From contig CAZQTD010000001.1 of assembly GCA_964596355.1 (NCBI GenBank), positions 4,446-68,445 of the forward strand: a stretch of 64,000 bases of DNA. Reading direction: 5' to 3'. This document shows positions 36,564 through 46,059 of the stretch, piece after piece; the stretch's first letter is position 1; every line of letters starts with the position of its first letter. Position numbers and translations under genes: made by a program. The DNA is from an uncultured Gammaproteobacteria bacterium (lineage in GTDB: Bacteria > Patescibacteriota > Microgenomatia > UBA10105 > UBA927). The notes below the pieces were generated by a model. That model was not told the DNA's origin. It did not search any database and saw only the letters and a list, made by a program, of their open reading frames with translations.

Positions 36564-37133
36564 TTACTGACTTCGTGATTCGAGTATCGCCTGAAGTTTT
36601 TTGACAGCGTCATGATCCGGATCCAACTGGTAGGCCGCATCAAGATGTTCTTGCGCTTCTTTTCTTTCCCCAAGCTCCAACGCAAGCTGGGCAACCAAGA
36701 TGTGCGCATCTCTCCATCTAGGTTTTTCCTTTGCTTGCAGTTTCCAAAATTGAAAGTCGGCGATTCGCTTTCTGTCCTGCGCTTCCCACTCGGCAGCCAG
36801 TTTAGAGGGGGGTGTCGCAGCGCCAAGGATGTTTGGGTTCCACAGTTCTTGGGCGAGCGCAAGCTCTTTGTGCGCCTCCTTGCGTGCGCCGATGGTCCAT
36901 AGCGTGGTTGCGGCCTGCAAATGGGGGTAAAAGGCATAAGGGTTGGAGAGAAGTAAAATAGTCGGTATGACTGTGCGCGTGCGATGCTCGGCATTGGCCT
37001 GATGATTGAAGCTGAAAAGGCTTGCGAGAAGCAGCCACAGGAGAGTTTTTTCTATACGACGGAACCAGCGTCTAGTGTTCTTTGCGGAGAAAAATCGGTA
37101 AATCTGCGGGAATTTTCGTTTCAAGAAGTTCAT
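36564..37133 (-). CDS. TPR-repeat protein with signal peptide (start at internal ATG)
   Basis: Signal-peptide-like N-terminus. Repeated helical A/L/E/K-rich units ending ...EAQEHLDAAYQLDPDHDAVKKL. Confidence 0.45.
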   Translation of the reverse strand: MNFLKRKFPQIYRFFSAKNTRRWFRRIEKTLLWLLLASLFSFNHQANAEHRTRTVIPTILLLSNPYAFYPHLQAATTLWTIGARKEAHKELALAQELWNPNILGAATPPSKLAAEWEAQDRKRIADFQFWKLQAKEKPRWRDAHILVAQLALELGERKEAQEHLDAAYQLDPDHDAVKKLQAILESRSQ

Positions 37134-37169
37134 TGTGGTATATTGTAGAGAGCCGGAGGCTAAATTGCA

Positions 37170-37880
37170 ATGCATGCCATGATAGTGGAGCTTCTCAAAA
37201 AACAATACCCTCAGGCACGTATTGCCTTGAGGTACAAAAATCCATGGGAACTGTTGGTTGCCGTGATCCTGTCTGCGCAGTGTACGGATACGAGGGTTAA
37301 TAAGGTTACACAGCGGCTGTTTTCCAAATATCAAACACTTGATGATTATGTACGCGCTTCGCTTTCAGATTTTGAGAAGGACATTAAGCCTACCGGCTTC
37401 TATCACAATAAGGCAAAAAACATTCTTGCAGCGGCGAAACGCATTAAAGAGACATTTAACGGCGCCGTGCCAAAAACCATGGAGGAGATACTAACACTGC
37501 CCGGGGTGGCAAGAAAAACCGCAAACGTGGTGCTTGGCAATGCGTACGGCATCATAGAGGGAATTGCCGTTGATACCCACGTCCTTCGATTAAGCCAGCG
37601 CCTGCGGCTTGTGGACTTAGATACAATCGGCGGCAAGAAAAAAGTTAGCTTCAAAAGGGGACGCCTTGCGAAGCTAAAAAACGGTCACGAGTCGATTGAT
37701 TACATAAAAGATGCAGACCCGGTGAAAATAGAACAGCAGCTCATGCGGGTGCTGCCGAAAAAAGACTGGTTTAAAACCACGTACCTTCTTATTGCCCATG
37801 GCAGGGCGGTGTGCAAAGCGCAGAATCCAAAGTGCCAACAGTGTGTTCTGCGAACCCTCTGTCCTGTTTCGCGCGCATAA
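37170..37880 (+). CDS. nth: endonuclease III
   Basis: HhH-GPD LPGVARKTANVVLG and the FeS cluster CKAQNPKCQQCVLRTLC. Confidence 0.85.
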   Translation: MHAMIVELLKKQYPQARIALRYKNPWELLVAVILSAQCTDTRVNKVTQRLFSKYQTLDDYVRASLSDFEKDIKPTGFYHNKAKNILAAAKRIKETFNGAVPKTMEEILTLPGVARKTANVVLGNAYGIIEGIAVDTHVLRLSQRLRLVDLDTIGGKKKVSFKRGRLAKLKNGHESIDYIKDADPVKIEQQLMRVLPKKDWFKTTYLLIAHGRAVCKAQNPKCQQCVLRTLCPVSRA

Positions 37881-38164
37881 CAATACAGGAAGTCATAGGA
37901 ACAAGCACCATCGCGTTTCGCGTTCTGGGCGACAAACTTGCGATGGTTTTGCCCAGCGGGCGGCTCGTGCAAAAAAAGTGCAAAGAAGGAAGCGCGAGAT
38001 GATTCTGTCAATTGAGGACGTCACAGAGCATTATGGTTTAAAAAGAACGATCATATTTGGTTAATAATCTCAATGGCGTATTGTTGCGCTTTTTACTCTT
38101 TTCATTGTCGATGGTTCATGCAGGGAGAAATAACAATTCCAAAATTGAAGTTTATTTTATCGTT

Positions 38165-38593
38165 ATGAAAGCGATCTCTATGGACACCAAAGTCTTTCTC
38201 TACGAATTTATCAACAAGCGCAAGTTGGGAGTCATTGCTACGGTTGCTCCCGGCGGCCAGCCCGAGGTGGCAGTGATGGAGGTGGCTGTTACCAAGGATT
38301 TAGAGCTTATTATCGATACGTCCAACACTACGCGCAAGTACGCGAACCTCAAGAAAAACCCGCGCGTCGCAGTTGCCTTTGGCTGGGAGGCGCAGGATAC
38401 GGTGCAGTATGAGGGCGTAGCGCAGGAATTGACAGTGAAAGCGCGGGAGAAGTATCGGAGGATATTTCTAACGAAGCATCCTGACGCTAAAAAGTGGGAC
38501 GCCGATCCCACTACGATGTATTTTAAAATTACGCCCGCATGGATACGCTACACCGCCATGGACCAAGAACCGTGGGTGGTACGATTTGCATGA
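38165..38593 (+). CDS. pyridoxamine 5'-phosphate oxidase-like FMN-binding family protein
   Basis: 142 aa from internal ATG. Split-barrel-like ...LGVIATVAPGGQPEVAVMEVAV...NPRVAVAFGWE.... Confidence 0.5.
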   Translation: MKAISMDTKVFLYEFINKRKLGVIATVAPGGQPEVAVMEVAVTKDLELIIDTSNTTRKYANLKKNPRVAVAFGWEAQDTVQYEGVAQELTVKAREKYRRIFLTKHPDAKKWDADPTTMYFKITPAWIRYTAMDQEPWVVRFA

Positions 38594-38660
38594 TTGTTAT
38601 TCTTACGCACCTGTGGTATTCTGGGCAGGTGTTCACGTGCTGCCTATCAAAGGAGACGCC

Positions 38661-39365
38661 ATGGCCCAATCAAAGAAGCGTACGAGAAAATCACAAACCT
38701 CCAGGAAAAAAACCACCCATGAGTTGATTGATACCAAGACAGAAAATCTGCTGCCCTCGACCGTTGAGGAATTTTCTTCTCCTGCTGCCAAACCACCTAT
38801 CAGGTTCCACCATGTTGCGCTTTTCATTCTTCTGGTCGGCCTTACTGCAGTTTTTTTGACGAATAAGGGGTTGTTCGTCGCAGCGGTCGTCAACGGCAGG
38901 CCCATTTTCCGTTGGCAGATGAACAAGGTTTTGGTTTCGCGCTTTGGCAAGCAAACGGTAGAAAGCATGATTAGCGAAATGCTCATCGCAGACGCGGCGC
39001 GGGAGGCTGGCGTTTCTATTTCTCAAGGAGAGATTGACGGGAAAGTGTCGGAGCTTGTTAGCGCCATGGGCGGCGATGTTAACATCGACGAACTTCTGAC
39101 CTACCAGGGGATGACAAAGGAAGATTTTGAAAGCCAGATCCGCCTGCAACTTATGGTAGAAAAAGTGTTGACAAAGGACCTTGCCATTGCCGAGACGGAC
39201 ATTGACAATTACATCGCAACGAACCGTGCGCTTCTAGTGGCAACCGATGAAGCCGCTCTCCGCGCTGAAGCGCGGCAGGCCATTGTGAGTAAAACCGTCA
39301 GCGAAAAGCTCCAACCGTGGTTTTTGGAGCTTAAAGAGAAAGCCAAGATCCTGCGCTTCTTGTAG
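38661..39365 (+). CDS. SurA N-terminal-domain-like periplasmic chaperone (no PPIase domain)
   Basis: N-terminal TM, then VAAVVNGRPIFRWQMNKVL...YQGMTKEDFESQIRLQLMVEKVL, as in the SurA/PpiD N-domain. Confidence 0.5.
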   Translation: MAQSKKRTRKSQTSRKKTTHELIDTKTENLLPSTVEEFSSPAAKPPIRFHHVALFILLVGLTAVFLTNKGLFVAAVVNGRPIFRWQMNKVLVSRFGKQTVESMISEMLIADAAREAGVSISQGEIDGKVSELVSAMGGDVNIDELLTYQGMTKEDFESQIRLQLMVEKVLTKDLAIAETDIDNYIATNRALLVATDEAALRAEARQAIVSKTVSEKLQPWFLELKEKAKILRFL

Positions 39366-39376
39366 AGCTGCGATTC

Positions 39377-40114
39377 ATGAAACCCGTGCTTTTTATCGTC
39401 CTTTTTATCGCTATTGTCATCGGTAGCGTGTTTGCGATAGAGTATTATGCGAGTCAGGCGCCGCCTATCGACGAACGGATAGCCGCTATCGGCCCAACCG
39501 GAGGCGCAAGCCTTACGCAGGAGGCAACGGAAGATGCTGCCCTTATGCAAACAACAACGACAACCGCAACACCAACGCCTGGTAAAAAGCAATACGCCGC
39601 GCCGCCGGCGATGACCATTGATGTTGCAAAAACATACACGGCGATCCTTACAACGAATAAAGGCACGATGAACGTCAAGCTGTTCGCAAGCGAGGCGCCG
39701 ATTACCGTCAACAATTTTGTATTCCTTGCTAAGGAGAAATTTTACGACAACACGCCGTTTCACCGGATTGTCCAAGGGTTCATGATCCAAGGAGGGGATC
39801 CGTTGGGTACGGGTGCAGGGAGCCCCGGGTATCGATTTAACGACGAGCCCATTACCCGAGACTACAAAAGGGGGACGCTTGCGATGGCTAATGCCGGCCC
39901 CAACACCAACGGCAGTCAATTCTTTATCATGCACGCAGACTACCCACTGCCCAAAAACTACGTGATTTTTGGCCAGATTGATGAACGTGACGAAGCGAGT
40001 CTTGCTACGCTCGATGCGATAGCAGCAACCCCCGTGGGCCTCAATAGTTCCGGTGAAAAAAGCAAACCCCTGGAAGCAGTTACCCTCCAATCTGTTACAA
40101 TAGAAGAACGATAG
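39377..40114 (+). CDS. cyclophilin-type peptidyl-prolyl cis-trans isomerase, membrane-anchored
   Basis: FHRIVQGFMIQGGDP, GTLAMANAGPNTNGSQFFI. Confidence 0.85.
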   Translation: MKPVLFIVLFIAIVIGSVFAIEYYASQAPPIDERIAAIGPTGGASLTQEATEDAALMQTTTTTATPTPGKKQYAAPPAMTIDVAKTYTAILTTNKGTMNVKLFASEAPITVNNFVFLAKEKFYDNTPFHRIVQGFMIQGGDPLGTGAGSPGYRFNDEPITRDYKRGTLAMANAGPNTNGSQFFIMHADYPLPKNYVIFGQIDERDEASLATLDAIAATPVGLNSSGEKSKPLEAVTLQSVTIEER

Positions 40115-40122
40115 CCAACGTA

Positions 40123-41160
40123 ATGCGCACGTGGAAAACGCTGAAACAAAATCCCGCGCTGTGGGAGCGCTACAATATTCGCGAGAAAGTGATCAAGGCC
40201 ACTCGCGCGTTTTTTGACGCTAACGGCTTTCATGAAGTAGAAACCCCGATCCTTATCGCCCGACCTCCCGCGGAAAGCTACGTTGACGTATTTGAAACGA
40301 CGCTTCTTGACCGCAGCGGGACCCCGCGTAAGGCATATTTATCGACATCGCCCGAAGTGTCGCTCAAAAAACTCATCGTCGCAGGACTTGGAAATTGCTA
40401 TACCCTGACTAAAAGCTTCCGCAACACAGAAATGCAAAGCCGTCTTCACAATCCGGAATTTACTATTCTGGAGTGGTACCGCGTGGGAGCTGATTACACG
40501 GCCATCATGCGTGATTGCGAAGCGTTGGTGCACTCAATTTATCGACGTCTTTGCAATGACACACCCTTTACGTATCAAGGGAAAAAGGTAGATTTATCTC
40601 CACCGTGGCAGAGGATGACTATTGCTGAAAGTTTTAGAGCGTACGCATCTTTAAACTTTGATGAATTTTTAGACATGGATAAAGCCAGAGATATTGCGGC
40701 AGCAAGAGGGTATACTGTAGAAGATCATTCCACCTGGGAACAGTTATATAATCAAATATTCCTCAACGACGTCGAGCCGAAACTTGGAAGAGGGAAGCCT
40801 GTTATCCTCTACGAATTTCCCGCGGCAATGGCGGCTCTTGCCCGCAAAAAGAAAAGCGATCCTAGATTTGCCGAGCGGTTTGAATTGTACGTTGAAGGAA
40901 TTGAACTGGGAGATGCCTATAGCGAGCTTACAGACGCCCAAGAACAAGACGCCCGGTTTCAAGAAGAAATGAAAACGCTCACGCGTTTGGGTAAAACGCT
41001 GTATGAATACGATCATGATTTTATCGACGCGTTGAAGGTGGGGTTGCCTCCGTGCGCAGGCATGGCCGTTGGGGTTGACCGACTGATTATGCTGTTTTCA
41101 GATGTCACGGACATTGCTGATACACTGTTTTTCCCTGTCGGCGATCTATTTGACCTATGA
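40123..41160 (+). CDS. epmA: EF-P (R)-beta-lysine ligase EpmA (GenX/PoxA, truncated class II LysRS paralog)
   Basis: 345 aa. The segment YLSTSPEVSLKKLIVAGLGNCYTLTKSFRNTEMQSRLHNPEFTILEWYRVGADY closely follows the EpmA core. Confidence 0.8.
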   Translation: MRTWKTLKQNPALWERYNIREKVIKATRAFFDANGFHEVETPILIARPPAESYVDVFETTLLDRSGTPRKAYLSTSPEVSLKKLIVAGLGNCYTLTKSFRNTEMQSRLHNPEFTILEWYRVGADYTAIMRDCEALVHSIYRRLCNDTPFTYQGKKVDLSPPWQRMTIAESFRAYASLNFDEFLDMDKARDIAAARGYTVEDHSTWEQLYNQIFLNDVEPKLGRGKPVILYEFPAAMAALARKKKSDPRFAERFELYVEGIELGDAYSELTDAQEQDARFQEEMKTLTRLGKTLYEYDHDFIDALKVGLPPCAGMAVGVDRLIMLFSDVTDIADTLFFPVGDLFDL

Positions 41161-41861
41161 AGGTGTGCGCTATTCCCCTCGGGGTTACGGTTGTAGCCGT
41201 AACAAAAACATTTCCACCAGAGGTGATTGCTGAAGCATATGCGCTCGGATACCGCCACTTTGGCGAAAATTACGTACAAGAATTCGTGAACAAATATGAC
41301 AGCCTCCCAAAACAGATTAGAGCCAATGCGGTATGGCACATGATCGGCCACGTCCAGTCGCGGAAAGCCAGAGACGTGGTCCGGCTCTTTGACTGGGTGG
41401 ATTCGGTGGATAGTATTGAGCTTGCCCAAAAACTGCACAAAAACGCGCACGATATGGGAAAAACGCTCCACGTTCTTCTTCAGGTAAATATTACGGGCGA
41501 GCAGAGGAAGTCAGGATTTGATTTAACCAACTGGGAAAACGATACGGGCAAATTGAGTAATTTTCTATTGTTTATTGAGCAGGTGGTGTTGCGGAATCTT
41601 GTTGTTGCGGGGCTCATGGTGATGCCGCCGCTTGTGGCTCATGCCGAGGAGAACAGGAGCGTATTTCAATCGGCAAAACGATTGTTTGATCTGATAAAAC
41701 GGCGCGTTTCTAGTCCTCATTGGCAGCACCTTTCCATGGGAACGAGTCAAGACTATAGGGTTGCGATTGAGGAGGGTGCGACAATGGTTCGCCTCGGAGA
41801 GGCGATCTTTGGAAAACGAGCAGCCAAGTTGCCACCAGGTTCAATTCGTGGGATAATATGA
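41157..41861 (+). CDS. yggS: YggS-family PLP homeostasis protein
   Basis: 234 aa. Alanine-racemase N-domain-like: HFGENYVQEF...HMIGHVQSRKA...MGTSQDY. Confidence 0.8.
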   Translation: MKVCAIPLGVTVVAVTKTFPPEVIAEAYALGYRHFGENYVQEFVNKYDSLPKQIRANAVWHMIGHVQSRKARDVVRLFDWVDSVDSIELAQKLHKNAHDMGKTLHVLLQVNITGEQRKSGFDLTNWENDTGKLSNFLLFIEQVVLRNLVVAGLMVMPPLVAHAEENRSVFQSAKRLFDLIKRRVSSPHWQHLSMGTSQDYRVAIEEGATMVRLGEAIFGKRAAKLPPGSIRGII

Positions 41862-41930
41862 AGTGTTCCCGGCAGAAAACGGGAATGTTTGTTTTTGTTG
41901 CGTATCGCTTGGTATTTCATTTCATAGTTT

Positions 41931-42494
41931 ATGTCCGTTATCACTACCAGTCAGTTCCAAAAGGGAATGTTCATTGAATTTAGGGGCGAGCCGCACCAGA
42001 TTGTGGAGTTCCAGTTCGTCAACCCGGGTAAAGGAAGCGCGTTTGTGCGGACCAAGCTTAAAGCGCTCAAAACAGGCAAAGTTCAGGAATTTACGTATAA
42101 ATCCGGCGAATCAGTTGAGGAAGTGCCGGTTATTACTCGAGAGATGCAGTATCTCTATAACGAAGGCACCGCGTACGTGTTTATGGACAACCGAACGTAT
42201 GAGCAGTTTTCCGTTCCGGAATCCATGCTTGGCACCTACGTGAATTACCTTAGGGCTAATGACGTCTATCAGATATTGGTGCACAGTGATGAGGTTGTAG
42301 GCTTGCGCTTCCCAAAGAAGGTTCGTCTTGTAGTCACTGAAGCAGAAGAGGGCGCAAAAGGCAACACAGTAACCGGCGCAACCAAAACCGTGACTGTCGA
42401 AACTGGCGCGGTGGTTACTGTGCCGCTATTTATCAAAAAGGGCGACACCATTGCGGTCGACCCGGAAACAGGGACATACGTGGAGCGCGGGTAA
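41931..42494 (+). CDS. efp: elongation factor P
   Basis: 187 aa. VNPGKGSAFVRTKLK loop with the conserved Lys. Confidence 0.9.
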   Translation: MSVITTSQFQKGMFIEFRGEPHQIVEFQFVNPGKGSAFVRTKLKALKTGKVQEFTYKSGESVEEVPVITREMQYLYNEGTAYVFMDNRTYEQFSVPESMLGTYVNYLRANDVYQILVHSDEVVGLRFPKKVRLVVTEAEEGAKGNTVTGATKTVTVETGAVVTVPLFIKKGDTIAVDPETGTYVERG

Positions 42495-42510
42495 GTGCTA
42501 TACTGCGTTC

Positions 42511-43284
42511 ATGGAAGAAAAGCGAGTGGACCTCGCCCACGGGATGATTGCGTACCTTACGCACGGATCCGGCGCAACGATGCTGTTTTTCCACGGCGGA
42601 AGCGTCAACCCAAAGGCATACATCCCACTCATCGAACTTTTGGGACAGCACTGTTCAGTTGTCGCGCCTACTCACCCGGGGCACGGCACCTCGTTTAGAC
42701 TTCCCAAATCATGGACCATAGACGATTTTGTGACGACCTACAGAGAATTTCTTGCGGTTTTGAACCTTGAGCCTTCGGTCGTGGTCGGTCATTCTTTTGG
42801 GGGCATGCTGGCGCTTCTTTTGGCCGCTCGTGGCATAGGCGATCGAATCATTGTATTTGATCCGTGCGGCCTGCCGTTTTCTCTGACGCCAAAAGCATAC
42901 CTTGCCGCCAAAAAGCGCGAAGCGCAGGAGCTTTTATCGTATGCCAATGACATACAGCGAGTGCACGAAACACTTTCCGCCGCCGGTGTTCTTTTATATA
43001 CCGTCATCAGGCGGTTTGACGACATTGCGTTTCTTGCCAAACGCATTCCCAAGGCAGATATCAGTAACGATCTGGCAACCGTCCGTCAACCCGTGCATAT
43101 ATTCTGGGGGAAAGACGACGGCATCGTGCCGCTGTCAATAGGGAAGAGAATGCGCGCACTGCTGAAAAACGCGACACTTGTGACGTTCCCTAACCGAGGC
43201 CACACATATCCGGTAACAGATCCGGTGTTTACGTATAACCAGCTTATGCCACTGATACGAGATAATGATACCGTGCACCCATGA
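42511..43284 (+). CDS. alpha/beta hydrolase
   Basis: GHSFGGMLALLLA nucleophile elbow and an HGG segment. Confidence 0.6.
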   Translation: MEEKRVDLAHGMIAYLTHGSGATMLFFHGGSVNPKAYIPLIELLGQHCSVVAPTHPGHGTSFRLPKSWTIDDFVTTYREFLAVLNLEPSVVVGHSFGGMLALLLAARGIGDRIIVFDPCGLPFSLTPKAYLAAKKREAQELLSYANDIQRVHETLSAAGVLLYTVIRRFDDIAFLAKRIPKADISNDLATVRQPVHIFWGKDDGIVPLSIGKRMRALLKNATLVTFPNRGHTYPVTDPVFTYNQLMPLIRDNDTVHP

Positions 43285-43817
43285 AGCGGCTGTTTTTGAT
43301 CGCAGCAATTATTCTTAGTGGACTTGCTTCGACGCTCGTTGGATTGCCGGTCAAGAACAGTCGGTTACCAACGTTCGATATTGGGCGCGACGGGCAAATC
43401 ACTGCATCGGCTGAAGAAAATACTTCTGTGGCGGTTTCCCGCGTCATTGACGGCGACACGATTGAAATAGAAGGAGGCGCGGTTGTCCGCTATATTGGCG
43501 TGGATGCGCCGGAACTGCATGACGTGCGACCGCAAGGGGAATGTTTTGGCAGGGAAGCAAAAGACGCAAATAAAGCGCTCGTGGAAGGACAGCTAGTGCG
43601 GCTTGAGAAGGATGTTTCTGACGCAGACCGCTACGGCAGACTGCTTCGGTATGTGTATGTCGGCGGCAGTATGGTTAATGAGAAGCTCGTGCAAACCGGT
43701 GTTGCGCGCGCGGCCACAGTTCCTCCGGATGTGCGGTACGCCGAGCGGTTCGTCGGTGCCGAGCAAACCGCCAGAGAGCAGAATCTGGGATTGTGGGCAG
43801 GGTGCCCCCATATGTAA
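43281..43817 (+). CDS. thermonuclease (SNase-like) family protein, secreted
   Basis: Signal peptide, VIDGDTIE...YIGVDAPE...RYGRLLRYVY. Confidence 0.75.
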   Translation: MKRLFLIAAIILSGLASTLVGLPVKNSRLPTFDIGRDGQITASAEENTSVAVSRVIDGDTIEIEGGAVVRYIGVDAPELHDVRPQGECFGREAKDANKALVEGQLVRLEKDVSDADRYGRLLRYVYVGGSMVNEKLVQTGVARAATVPPDVRYAERFVGAEQTAREQNLGLWAGCPHM

Positions 43818-43891
43818 TCGATGCACACGTAAATCTACACACCTACAACGGATGGGTGAAACGCAATGGACAATACGATACACTAGACGAT

Positions 43892-45076
43892 ATGAAGATA
43901 TGCCTGCTTGCGTTCAAGCATCGCTCCATACCCCACGTATTGTTTGCTCTGTTCATCGCGGTCCTTGTTTTTTCTGTAACGACTACCTACGTTGTTGATT
44001 CCATTGAGGTAGTGAAGCAGAAGTTAAGCGACAAAGACCGACTGGAAGTGCAGGTTGCACAAATAGCGAAAGACCTCGCTGAACTGAAAAATCAGGATCA
44101 GTACAAAGTAAATCAGAAATTGAGTGCTGATATTAAACAAATCGAATCAACGTACACGAAGGCAGTTGACGCGTATGAAGACCTGTTAAAACTCAAAGAG
44201 GTAAGCAGCGATACGAAAACGTTTGATGAGGCGTTCACCGACATTTTGACTCTCCTTTCTAAGCAAAACTATGCATCGGCAGCCAGCGCGCTTGCCGCAC
44301 TGACAAACGGCATTGCAGGAGAGCGCGAGAAGCTCGCAGCGCGTTTTGTCATCCCGCAGAATGTGCCGGCAAACAACGCGCCGCCGGGGGTGGGTTTTAG
44401 CCGACAGGCGGTCAATGCCGAGGGGACGACGTATCTGGTGGACATTGTTGCCGGAGATTTGGGGAGTACGAAGGTAATCGTCGATACCGCATCGGAGGGA
44501 GACTGTAGGAACGATTGTCCTGTTCTTCCGCTTGCCGACTACGTGTCGCGAAACGGCGCGTATGCCGGAATCAACGGTTCGTACTTTTGTCCGGCTGCCT
44601 ACCCCAGCTGTCAGGATAAGAAAAATTCCTTTGATACGCTTCTTATGAACAAAAACAAGCGCTACTTCAACTCTGATAATAACGTCTACAGCACCGTACC
44701 TGCGGTCATTTTTGGCGGAAGCTGGATACGCTTTGTTGGCAGATCGCTTGACTGGGGCAGAGATACGGGGATTGACAGCATGATCGCCAATCAGCCGCTT
44801 CTTGTGTCCGGCAACTCTGTTGTGTTTGGCGGCGACGGCGATCCGAAAAAGGGGAGCAAAGGCAGCCGCAGCTTTGTTGCGAACCGCGGAAACACGGTCT
44901 ATATCGGCGTCGTCCACAACGCGACAGTGGCTGAAAGCGCGAGAGTTATGAAGGCGTTGGGCATGGAAAATGCATTAAACCTCGACAGCGGCGGATCGAC
45001 TGCTCTCTGGAGCGGGGGGTACAAAGTCGGCCCGGGCAGAAGCATCCCAAATGCAATTTTGTTTGTCAGACGTTGA
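43892..45076 (+). CDS. phosphodiester glycosidase (DUF2233/NAGPA-like) domain protein with N-terminal TM and coiled coil
   Basis: C-terminal ...GINGSYF...LDSGGSTALW. Confidence 0.55.
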   Translation: MKICLLAFKHRSIPHVLFALFIAVLVFSVTTTYVVDSIEVVKQKLSDKDRLEVQVAQIAKDLAELKNQDQYKVNQKLSADIKQIESTYTKAVDAYEDLLKLKEVSSDTKTFDEAFTDILTLLSKQNYASAASALAALTNGIAGEREKLAARFVIPQNVPANNAPPGVGFSRQAVNAEGTTYLVDIVAGDLGSTKVIVDTASEGDCRNDCPVLPLADYVSRNGAYAGINGSYFCPAAYPSCQDKKNSFDTLLMNKNKRYFNSDNNVYSTVPAVIFGGSWIRFVGRSLDWGRDTGIDSMIANQPLLVSGNSVVFGGDGDPKKGSKGSRSFVANRGNTVYIGVVHNATVAESARVMKALGMENALNLDSGGSTALWSGGYKVGPGRSIPNAILFVRR

Positions 45077-45128
45077 CTTGGCAGTTTCTGTGTCAGACAG
45101 GGAAGCACTGGGAAGATTGACAATACCA

Positions 45129-46022
45129 ATGAAGCAATGGAACAATAAAACCATGGATAATGCGAGGATTACCACAGAAGACCTGTACGGCACCTCGTCA
45201 GGCGAGGGCCAAAAGCCTTTAGAGTACAAGGAGACGCCGGAGGTTCCCATGACAACCGGTGAACCGACCACGTCCGTAGAGCAGAATTCTGTAGGCGGCG
45301 CCGTTTCAAAACAACGGCAGGCGTCGTTTCCAAAAACGCTCGGCGGCATTGTTATTTTTGGCCTGTTGTTCGCGTTTGGCGTTTGGCTTTCAAGCAGTAT
45401 TCGGAGTGTCATTACGCCAAGCGATGGAACACAGTCTCAAGTTGCACAACGAGAAGAAATGTTGGACTCACTCGAACAGCCAGAGGAAGAAACGCTGTCG
45501 GGCGGTTCTGCGGCGAACTGGAAGACATATTCGATGGGAAGCGGTATTTTCCTCCGATTGCCGCCAAACGTCCTTGCGCCAATTTGTGATAACGCACAGT
45601 GCGCATCACGGGGGACATATTTGCCCGGGGGGACGCGATTCACCGCTGCACTGCGCGGCAGCGGTCAGGCCCTGCGAGACTTTCGCGGGAGCGCAATTGC
45701 CGACGCCAACGGCACCGCGTTTGTCACAAACGACACGACAATTCAAGGACGCAAGGCCGTGGAATTTACCGGCTCGTTCACTGGCACTACCGTCGGCGGC
45801 TATGCTTTTTCGCGGATGCGCGGCGTTATGATTGCTATCAATGAGACAATGTCACTGGAGGTTAACCATTTTACCCCCAGCGGAATCACGGCTGATTTTG
45901 ATGCCGACGATGCGCTGTTTGATCAGATTCTTGAATCGATTGTGCTTAGCGGCTATCCGCAATCCAACAAAGAGGAGCTGTCAATGACTCCAGCGGCACA
46001 GGCAACACCTTCGGGATACTAA
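45129..46022 (+). CDS. hypothetical membrane-anchored protein
   Basis: One TM (LGGIVIFGLLFAFGVWL). No recognised motifs. Confidence 0.35.
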   Translation: MKQWNNKTMDNARITTEDLYGTSSGEGQKPLEYKETPEVPMTTGEPTTSVEQNSVGGAVSKQRQASFPKTLGGIVIFGLLFAFGVWLSSSIRSVITPSDGTQSQVAQREEMLDSLEQPEEETLSGGSAANWKTYSMGSGIFLRLPPNVLAPICDNAQCASRGTYLPGGTRFTAALRGSGQALRDFRGSAIADANGTAFVTNDTTIQGRKAVEFTGSFTGTTVGGYAFSRMRGVMIAINETMSLEVNHFTPSGITADFDADDALFDQILESIVLSGYPQSNKEELSMTPAAQATPSGY

Positions 46023-46059
46023 AACGACCAGTAGCATAATGCGATCTTGGTGCGTGAAT

